From: an uncultured virus (IMG/VR IMGVR_UViG_3300029305_009146)
Taxonomy: Duplodnaviria > Heunggongvirae > Uroviricota > Caudoviricetes
IMG/VR virus record: IMGVR_UViG_3300029305_009146
DNA length: 64,000 bases
Strand: one strand, 5' to 3'
Position numbers and translations under genes: made by a program. The notes under the pieces were generated by a model that saw only the letters and a program-made list of their open reading frames with translations, was not told the DNA's origin and searched no databases. Shown piece by piece: positions 56,034 through 64,000 of the stretch. The stretch's first letter is position 1, and each line of letters begins with the position of its first letter.

Positions 56034-56636
56034 TTATCCCTCCTTGTTTTTTTTATCCAAATTAACGAACATAATTGGACGTTCGCCTGACAAATCGATT
56101 GTAGCTTCGCCATATCCCAGATAGGTGACTCTTCTAATGGTAAAGAACTCCTTGAGAGGTTTGTTTAGAACAATAACACCTATCTCTTTGGTTTCAACAT
56201 CTTGGCATCTTAATTCCGTACTTTCAAGCAAAACTTCGATAATCTCCTTGTGTTCCAGTTCGAGCTTTTTCGACAAAGTAATTGTTTCGGATAGCCACGT
56301 ATGGTGTTCCGCAAAATCCAGCCAATCTTTATCTGTTTTACAATCCAGTCTGGCAAGCACGGAGCCGCCGCCGGACATGTTTCCTAAGAGCATGATTAAT
56401 GAGATAAAGGAAACAAGGAATCCAAGACCCGCCCCAATAGAGATTATCGCCTGTAAAAATGCCTGAATCGGCACCTGTAATGACAAATCTATATTGAAGC
56501 AGACAAATCCACACAAAACGCAAACTGCTGTTGATACAATCCATGTAAGAATCTGTTTTTTAAATGACTTCTTACAAAGAGCAACAAGACTGTCTGCCTG
56601 TGTGTTTCTTATGGTTTTTGTAACTTTTATTGGCAT
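56034..56636 (-). CDS. Two-TM membrane protein
   Basis: Hydrophobic pair; RBS. Confidence 0.65.
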   Translation of the reverse strand: MPIKVTKTIRNTQADSLVALCKKSFKKQILTWIVSTAVCVLCGFVCFNIDLSLQVPIQAFLQAIISIGAGLGFLVSFISLIMLLGNMSGGGSVLARLDCKTDKDWLDFAEHHTWLSETITLSKKLELEHKEIIEVLLESTELRCQDVETKEIGVIVLNKPLKEFFTIRRVTYLGYGEATIDLSGERPIMFVNLDKKNKEG

Positions 56637-56654
56637 AAAATTAACCCTCCTTAT

Positions 56655-57074
56655 CTAAAAGATGTTTTTAATGACCAAGAAAACAAACAGGCCTAAGAAA
56701 ACTGCCGCAATTCCAAAAAAGAATACTGCTTTCGTTTTTTCACTTTTCTTTTTGTGAAACACAAAAACGCTTGGGTCTTCTTTGTCTATAAAAATATCAT
56801 ACGATTCTCCAAGCGCAAAGTTGTTTTCCAGATATTGAGGGGTACAACTTTGGTCTGTAAATTCTTCATACTCTTTTCCTTTATAGGTATATTTGAATTT
56901 TGGGAGACAGTTTGTTATCCCCTTCATGCAGCAAAAGGTATTTCCAACATAAGTTCCGGTAATTTGCTCAGTACACAACAAGTAATCCCTCAAAGTCACA
57001 ATACCGAACAAAACCGGAATAACCACAAATATACTAAAATAAAGAAAATATGCCCAACATAACACAACCACCAT
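56655..57074 (-). CDS. DUF3592-like membrane protein
   Basis: TM - PKFKYTYKGKEY...IFIDKEDP - TM. Confidence 0.6.
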   Translation of the reverse strand: MVVVLCWAYFLYFSIFVVIPVLFGIVTLRDYLLCTEQITGTYVGNTFCCMKGITNCLPKFKYTYKGKEYEEFTDQSCTPQYLENNFALGESYDIFIDKEDPSVFVFHKKKSEKTKAVFFFGIAAVFLGLFVFLVIKNIF

Positions 57075-57563
57075 TTTGTTTTCCTCCTTAATGAGTTACA
57101 AAGCTCCTCCTTATATTACACTTTGTTCATTTACCAGCTTCTCACAAAAGGCCTCTGTTTCCGGAGAAAGCGTAGACACCTTCATGAGTAAGGTATAACC
57201 ATCAATCACGGTGTGGTATTCTCCATTCTTGGTACTCCTTGGCAACAACTGAATAGCCATTGGCTTGTAAATATCAAGAACGCTCTGGATACACTCAGAT
57301 AAAGTGTTTGAAAGAAACTCCTTGTTATCAATGGAGACCTTCCACTTGGCTGACCATTCGGAACCCTCTCTTCCCAAATATACAGCGACGACGGTTTCAG
57401 AACCGCTTAACTCCATAAACTCACTTCCTCCTTCTAATAAAAGAATATTGCTTCCCGAATGTCGGGATTGTTTTTCTGATGTTTCCTGTTCGGCTTGATG
57501 TTGTCTGATAATCATCATAGCCGCCAAAAAGCCTGCAGGACTTACAATCATAGGGACCACTCC

Positions 57564-58028
57564 TTACCTGCTCAAAAAAGCATCTTTTGCCTTGCCCTTT
57601 GGCTTGTATTCTTCAATCCTCTGAGGACACCAAGCTACAATGTTCCAGTTGTTTCCGATGTTCCACTCTCCACAGAAGGACACAATCTCAGTTTTTGTCT
57701 TATCCGGGTCATCATAGAAACATGCCGTTACAAGATAGTTTCCGTTTTCTTCCGGTTCTTCTTGCTCTTTTACAGATATCCATGGTATTCTGTAATCAAT
57801 CTTCTCTCCAAGCTGATACCCGAGTTCGTGGAGCTGCTCCTCTGCGACATCTCTTTCTCTGGCAACCTGTTTATATACCTCAATAGAGACAAGTTTATTG
57901 TCAAACTCTGCCTCAATTTCGGAAACGATTCGAATTGCCCTATTGATTCCTCTATCAAATTCGTGTGGGGTAGGCTTCCCAAGTGTTTCTTTTTCCAATC
58001 TCTCCTTGATTTTTTCAAATACACGCAT
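57564..58028 (-). CDS. Phage-type protein with DUF551-like C-terminus
   Basis: WISVKE..PE..G.YLVT...IVAWCP. Confidence 0.6.
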   Translation of the reverse strand: MRVFEKIKERLEKETLGKPTPHEFDRGINRAIRIVSEIEAEFDNKLVSIEVYKQVARERDVAEEQLHELGYQLGEKIDYRIPWISVKEQEEPEENGNYLVTACFYDDPDKTKTEIVSFCGEWNIGNNWNIVAWCPQRIEEYKPKGKAKDAFLSR

Positions 58029-58553
58029 AATTACGCCTCCTCTTCGTTATCGATAAAGGCTTCTACGAAAGACTTACCCTTCTCCGGATTACCGAAGTCA
58101 AACACGTGAACTTTCTTAGGACGTAGTGTGTCTTCGGTTATCTTCGTGGTTCCTAAAGAAACTTTATAGGTGCTGCCGTTATAACGATAAAGTGCAATAA
58201 TATTATACTGCCCGGAATAATATCCATCGATGTCAAGGCATTCATAGACGTATGTACGATTCTTTACGCTTTTACGAGCCATAGAGTAAGGTTTAAAAGC
58301 TGCATAAAAGAACGAGAAAAACACCAACAAAGCTGCCAACAACGGAACCACAAAAAGAGCCCGTTCGTGAGCAAGAAGAACAATCGCTCCCGCTAACGGT
58401 ATAAAGGCGAGCATACCACCAAACAAAGCAAAAAACTTTACATCGTCCTTTAATAGTTCTAAAAGTTCTGTTGCTTCCTCGTGGATTTTCTCTTTAGACA
58501 TCATCTTCATAGTTTCATTCTCCTTTCATCAACTATAGAAACAACCTCCTTGT

Positions 58554-58946
58554 TTACAAAATCATCGTATACACTATCCAAGTGAGAACCACCTGTGCAA
58601 TATGAATCATTTGGTCTGCCACGAGATTGATGCTTAACTTATTTGCCTTCTCGTTATCTACAACTGTATGGATGGTCCAGTTAATCGCAAAGATTAAAAG
58701 AGGCCATGCCGGATTAATATATTCTCCGGAAAGAACCATTGGTAAGATTACCGGGACGTGAATCATGCAGGTCCAAGAAAAGGCGTGTAAGAACAGAACC
58801 ACGATATAGTCGTTCCGGTAGAGCTCCTTATCTGTCTGCTCTCTCCACCAAGCTTTCTGTTTCATTTCTTTCATAATGCCCTGCAAATAAAAATCGTCTG
58901 CGATATGACAGAAAATCATGGCAAACAATATGATGACCTCTTTCAT
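58554..58946 (-). CDS. DUF3307 family membrane protein
   Basis: HIADDFYLQG...LH...HTVVD..K...DQMIH. Confidence 0.75.
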   Translation of the reverse strand: MKEVIILFAMIFCHIADDFYLQGIMKEMKQKAWWREQTDKELYRNDYIVVLFLHAFSWTCMIHVPVILPMVLSGEYINPAWPLLIFAINWTIHTVVDNEKANKLSINLVADQMIHIAQVVLTWIVYTMIL

Positions 58947-59181
58947 AATGACTTCTCCTTTATCTGATATTCAGCAGCTTCTTTTAGTCGCTTGCTGCGA
59001 TAGAGCCGATTCCCTTTGCAAACCTCACAGGAGCCGTGACATCTACAGGTGGCGTCAACCGCCTGTGCACCGTAATACGGTTTTCTTTTTTCTTTGCCGT
59101 GCTTAATGGCTTTATCAAGGCTCATATAGGCCCACTCCCTTTCAAAATGTAATAAACTTAATTCAAAATTATCCTACTTCT

Positions 59182-59210
59182 GTTAAGGAAAAAATAAGAG
59201 TAAAAATAAA
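59182..59210 (-). promoter_or_regulatory. Element promoter-like motif TTTATT-N16-CCTTAAC
   Basis: Exact match. Confidence 0.75.
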
Positions 59211-59261
59211 AAAAGGAAAGGTGTTCAACCTCTCCTTTTACTTTCTCGTCATGTTTTTCTG

Positions 59262-59609
59262 TTACTTCAATAACTCCAGCAGCTCTTTCTTGTCTTTCCC
59301 GGACAGCTTATTCCTTTTTGTCACGAGCCTTACAAATTCCGGTAAAGAGCCGCCAAACTTGTCATTTACAAGGTCAGTCGCGACTTTCGCCTTATACTCT
59401 TCCTCACTCATTACCGGAGTTACAACGCAATTTACGTTCTGAAATAATCCATGTTCGCAAATTCTTCTGAGCATTGTGTATGTGGTTGACTTTGCCCAGC
59501 CAAATTCCTCCTTGCAGAGTTTCACCACGTCTCCGGACCGTATTTCCTTTCTGTCCCATAACAGCCTTGCCATTCTCATTTCCATTTCGCCAATACCAAA
59601 TCTCTGCAT
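59262..59609 (-). CDS. BlaI/MecI/CopY family repressor
   Basis: E.RMARLLW, WAKSTTYTMLRR, FGGSLPEFV. Confidence 0.88.
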   Translation of the reverse strand: MQRFGIGEMEMRMARLLWDRKEIRSGDVVKLCKEEFGWAKSTTYTMLRRICEHGLFQNVNCVVTPVMSEEEYKAKVATDLVNDKFGGSLPEFVRLVTKRNKLSGKDKKELLELLK

Positions 59610-59948
59610 AATACTATCTCCTTTGTATTTTTATGCTTTTCTTTTATTATCGCACATGGTCGAAAAATATTCAAGAGGAAATACTTGTAAAAACTCGTTC
59701 TGCAACCGAAAACAGCCAAATGATTGCAGGAATCGCAGCGGTTCCGATTATAATGCGAACGCACCACCCCATAACATTTTTCCATTCTTTGTCGGGAACT
59801 GTCTTTGGGGTGTTTGATTTTGCTTCTTGTGTATCCTTACTGTTTTCTTCATCACTGTTTAAAGCGTTAATGGCATTGGATACAATACTTGCTCCTATCA
59901 TGCCTTCCGTAAGACTTGTCTTACCATCACCGTTAAAATCAAATAAAC

Positions 59949-60263
59949 TCATTCAGAAAATCCTCCTTCCGGCAAACAACATTCGTTCTTACAGCCATTA
60001 TCGATTTCTTCGAACTCTTCTGTTTCCGGATTGTACCTATATGGGAATCCATTTGGCGCGTAATAAGCAGACGGAGTAGTTGAAGAATAATAGCCGACGT
60101 CAAGTCTTCCGTTCCAAAAATATACAATTCTGGTTACTGAATCGTACCATAGGCCGTTTTCAATTTCGACCAGTTTGCCTTCTAGTATTTTAGAGGAACT
60201 GTCTGCACGACATCCGGCGAAACAGGTAACGCACAATAAAAGGAAAATTAAAAGTTTTTTCAT
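59949..60263 (-). CDS. Small lipoprotein
   Basis: FAGC lipobox. Confidence 0.65.
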   Translation of the reverse strand: MKKLLIFLLLCVTCFAGCRADSSSKILEGKLVEIENGLWYDSVTRIVYFWNGRLDVGYYSSTTPSAYYAPNGFPYRYNPETEEFEEIDNGCKNECCLPEGGFSE

Positions 60264-60830
60264 GTATCATGCTCCTTTCCTTACTTTGCCAACCGTAAAA
60301 ATGGGACCGCCCAAATAGGACATAAAATTAACCACATAAAAAATCGCTCATGCAAAGGTACTGCCAACTTATGTTTGCCAATTTCCTTACAGTCTTTCTT
60401 CCAGATACGATAAAACGGAATAAATAAAAGGAACTGTAACGTAATACAAATAAGCAGACTTAAAATAAACCCTTTCATTCCTTACTCCTTTCCTTCTTCC
60501 ATCATTTTAGACTCTTACTACTTATGTCTCAAATAAAAATGGTATATCGTCTATCGTGGGGTCATCTACAATTGTGTCAGCCGTTCTGCCAGAGATATTT
60601 ACCATTTCCGTTGGCACACGGTTAATTACTTCAAGGTAACCATCTGCACCTACTTTGAGATTAGGGACTTTAATTCTTCCGGACTCTATCCACTTTTTAA
60701 CATCTCTTTCTCTATATCTTCCCTCTTTACCGCTTTTTACAACCCGTATCTTAAACCCAATTACGTCCTTAGTTATGGGAGATATAAGTACCCCAGTACA
60801 TATACAAGGTGCCACATTTTCTTTCATCCC

Positions 60831-61073
60831 TTACTCCTTTCTTCGGACAATCTCTAATACATCCGCACAATCCAAATAGGCGTTTCCGTTATATTCTGCA
60901 AGTTCTTCCAGCTCCGCCACCTTTGCTTCCACATCGTAGGCGGTAGGCTGTTCCTTTATAAGCTTTTCCATCTGCATAAAACCTTCTGCAAGGTTGTTTG
61001 GAACAATGTCCTTTTTCTCTTTAAATCGTTTATCCATTACACTAAGCAACAAATCCGCATCAATCAACCGCAT
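60831..61073 (-). CDS. Phage-type small protein
   Basis: MRLIDAD...IKEQPTAYDV pattern. Confidence 0.65.
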   Translation of the reverse strand: MRLIDADLLLSVMDKRFKEKKDIVPNNLAEGFMQMEKLIKEQPTAYDVEAKVAELEELAEYNGNAYLDCADVLEIVRRKE

Positions 61074-62017
61074 GGTATCACTCTCCTTTCATATCATGGC
61101 TCCGGATTCTCGTTTACCTTAATCAATACTTGTTTATCATCAACATTGTATGCGATTTCTCCTGTGGTCTCATAATCAATGTACCCCACACCGCTTCTCT
61201 CAAGGTTTTCCATTGCTTTTCTAACTTCATTCATAATCAAAGTTTCAATATGCGACATGCTATCACTCCTTTCCTTCGCTCCAATCAAGTGCAGTTCCGC
61301 ACTCTTCGCAACACTTGGAACGTGTACCACCGCACCAACTACCATCTATTTTTGAAATCAGCTTATAATTACAAGACGGACAACGGTAAGTTTTGCAACT
61401 ATATTTCGGACTAAATACATCAATAACAACCGGCTTCCTTGCTGTTGCCTTTTCCTTCATCTGCTCCCACTCTTCGGCTTCCTTGTTCGTGAGGATTCTA
61501 CCCTTGGTATATAAGTGCTCGACTACTTCCTTTACAGTGATTCCACTCAGTTTTTCTTCCAATGCTCTGTACTGTTGGACTTCTTCAATGGCTTTCAAGC
61601 AGATTTCCTTCACTTCTTCGCACTCCACGGAATCAAGGCTTTCTTCCGGTCGCATTGATAATTCGGAATCGAACCACTTCTTTACCTTTTCGCTCTCCGT
61701 CATACTCATTCTCCTTCCTTTTTGCTCACCGAAAAGGTAATATCCAAATCTAATACATTGCCGTTGATTTCAAAAGTCAATCCGATATTGTCTGTTTGGT
61801 TTTCCATACATACTTTAAGCAAATCTGCAATATCTTGCATAAATCCTTCTGAAAAAGTTTTATCTTCCGCCTTTGTGGAATTCGTAATTACGCAAGTTTG
61901 CTCGTTACTTCGTCCAACAAAACGCTTACACAAACTGCAATATATTCCATCTGCATAAATTTCCGATGCCCCACAGTCTATACACTTCTTTTTCTCAACC
62001 GTCATACTCATTTCCGC

Positions 62018-62530
62018 TTACCTCTCTTTCTCTAACAGTTCGGGATTGTCGAATACGTTGCCGATAACTTCACAATCAAAGAAATCTCCCCAATTTCCGC
62101 AGCAATAAATTCCATAATCCTTTATTTTTACGCTCCATTCCGCGCTGTATTCACGGTATTTATCGTGCGTTTCTGTTTCCTCGTTGTAGAATCCACTGCC
62201 TTTTCCGATGTCGTATTCTACAACTCCGATATGCCTTTTCGTCTTTCGGTTCTTCGCATACGGTTTATCCGAATACTCCTGCGTTCTAACAATATCATTC
62301 TCCCAAATCTTCCGTCCGTTCTTGTCGGTAAGTCCGGTATCGTCACAAAGGGTTTCAATGTCAATTTCCACCTGTATCTGTTCAATCGGTGTACCCTTAC
62401 TCAAATCAGCACCAATCGGGATGATGAAATGGTGTTCGTGCCGTTTATCATCATGCACCATGCAGAAATAAAACCCTTCCACCCATTCCTTGTTGTCCTT
62501 TCGCTTTGCTTTGCAAATCTTACTTTTCAT
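62018..62530 (-). CDS. YopX family phage protein
   Basis: TGLTDKNGRKIWENDIV and EVIGNVFDNPELL. Confidence 0.88.
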   Translation of the reverse strand: MKSKICKAKRKDNKEWVEGFYFCMVHDDKRHEHHFIIPIGADLSKGTPIEQIQVEIDIETLCDDTGLTDKNGRKIWENDIVRTQEYSDKPYAKNRKTKRHIGVVEYDIGKGSGFYNEETETHDKYREYSAEWSVKIKDYGIYCCGNWGDFFDCEVIGNVFDNPELLEKER

Positions 62531-62835
62531 TCTGTTCTCCTTTCTCCGCAAGTGCGTCTTCGGCTTTTTCTTTGGCTGTGAACCATTCTTTTCCGTATTC
62601 ATCCCACATCACACCCAAAAACATCATATCCGCTTCGTTCGCCTTTATTTGTCCGTTGGATTGTATAATATATACCGTATCTCCTACCTTGCATGGCAAC
62701 CGCAGGAGAAGTCCTTGTTCCTCTGCCGTTTCATACTCCTTCAACTTCTTCTGAACCTCGATAATGTAGTCATTTTCCACATCCTCAACCTTCCCTTTGA
62801 ATGTGTAAATATCGTCTACCAATCTCTCCATTCCG

Positions 62836-63249
62836 TCACTCTCCTATCTGAAAATCATTCATCACGATGTCGTTTCGTAGCTTGTGCCATCCGTACATAT
62901 CATCCGGAGTCAACTGATTCTTCCATTCATCCCATTTAGACGGCACAAATACTGTCCATTCCTTTTCCGGGAGGGAAATACTGAGGTCATCCGGTGCCTT
63001 ATCATCCACATTAAGAGGCGGCTTCCACAGATTGATAAAGTAAATCTCATACAGATTCATGTCTGCTTCCGACTGGAACTCCGTGTACTCTATCTTTGTT
63101 ACATTGTGGATATTGATTGCCCGGTGCATCGGCTTCGCGAACATATGCCCTCTTATCCGTGCCTGCAATGGCTGTTTCGTTCTTCCGAGATATGCAAGGT
63201 GTTTTCCGTACCATATCCGATACAGTAAAAATCCTTTTGGACTAGACAT
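62836..63249 (-). CDS. GIY-YIG nuclease family protein
   Basis: LLY...YLGRT..L..RIRGH...E..FI....PPLN. Confidence 0.75.
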   Translation of the reverse strand: MSSPKGFLLYRIWYGKHLAYLGRTKQPLQARIRGHMFAKPMHRAINIHNVTKIEYTEFQSEADMNLYEIYFINLWKPPLNVDDKAPDDLSISLPEKEWTVFVPSKWDEWKNQLTPDDMYGWHKLRNDIVMNDFQIGE

Positions 63250-63442
63250 GTGTACCTCCTATTCATCAAACAGTTCTTTTGATGTGTTATATGGCGCTAA
63301 TATGTGCACCGCCACTGGCGATGGTTATCCCAATTAACCTTTTTAAGATATTTACAGCCTTTGCAGGAAAGATTCTTACGCTTTGACTTACCTTTCTTTC
63401 TCTTACACTTGAATCCCATGCAATCACTCCTTTTCTATGTAT

Positions 63443-63471
63443 GTTAAGGAAAATAATTAGACCAAAATAAA
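63443..63471 (-). promoter_or_regulatory. Element promoter-like motif TTTATT-N16-CCTTAAC
   Basis: Exact match. Confidence 0.75.
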
Positions 63472-63502
63472 AAAGCCCTGGATTTTTCCAAGGCTTTTCG
63501 CA

Positions 63503-63976
63503 CTAATCTCTTTCCCAACTTCTTATTTCGTTAATGGAGAACCCGTCAATCTCACAGGCTCCATTATCTGTGGGTTGATAATAGGCTCCTTCTTTCTCCG
63601 GGGAAATAAATTCCTGCGCGGCTAAGTTCGCAAGGGAGATAAGTAGAGCCGGGTTCCCGCTTTTCTTGTAGAGTTCTAAGGCGCAATCCATCATTCCAAG
63701 CGTAGTAAACTCCTCACAGGGAGTTGTCATAAACTCGCCTGTTTTTGGCACAGACGGATTCATAAACTCAATCATGGCAAAGTTGGCCACGTCTGCAAGA
63801 AATTCCGTATTACCGGTCTCTCTGTACTTATCCAGCCGCTTCTTCGCGGAACCAAGCGCATCAATGCACTTATACTTCCCGTAATTGTCCTTCAGGGGGC
63901 CGTACTTATAATAAGACACGACCATCATGTTCTTCCGGATGCGGTCAAACTCCATGGACTTATCTGAGCGCGGCAT
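63503..63976 (-). CDS. Hypothetical protein with internal duplication
   Basis: YRETGNTEFLADVANFAMIEF / YKKSGNPALLISLANLAAQEF. Confidence 0.65.
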   Translation of the reverse strand: MPRSDKSMEFDRIRKNMMVVSYYKYGPLKDNYGKYKCIDALGSAKKRLDKYRETGNTEFLADVANFAMIEFMNPSVPKTGEFMTTPCEEFTTLGMMDCALELYKKSGNPALLISLANLAAQEFISPEKEGAYYQPTDNGACEIDGFSINEIRSWERD

Positions 63977-64000
63977 ATTCTGATACCTGGCATCATCAAA

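Overview
64 kb of a large, low-GC Firmicutes (Lachnospiraceae-like, inferred from protein families) mobile or accessory replicon: an ICE, megaplasmid or large prophage. Almost all genes lie on the minus strand, and no ribosomal or virion structural genes are visible. From left to right: tyrosine integrase and excisionase, guanylate kinase, DUF4314, a MobV relaxase (the only credible + strand gene), RecJ, a PilZ protein, five secreted paralogs sharing a ~150-aa domain plus an accessory membrane protein, orphan RuvB, a TnpB-only IS200/IS605 element, a chemoreceptor, a 4.6-kb tRNA/ncRNA array interrupted by an IscB-omegaRNA element, KptA and a HAD RNA-repair-type phosphatase, many small membrane and hypothetical genes, a zinc peptidase beside a 2617-aa BspA/DUF285 adhesin, dUTPase and a phage-like tail of small genes. 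Three things stand out. (1) A private bipartite promoter-like motif, TTTATT-N16-CCTTAAC, whose core heads 21 transcription units. (2) A tRNA array in which normal tRNAs alternate with tRNA bodies whose anticodon arm is deleted, shortened or expanded, or whose T-loop is interrupted, and with unassigned structured RNAs. (3) A modular surface-protein family with interchangeable heads. All family calls are by eye from motifs; no searches were run.
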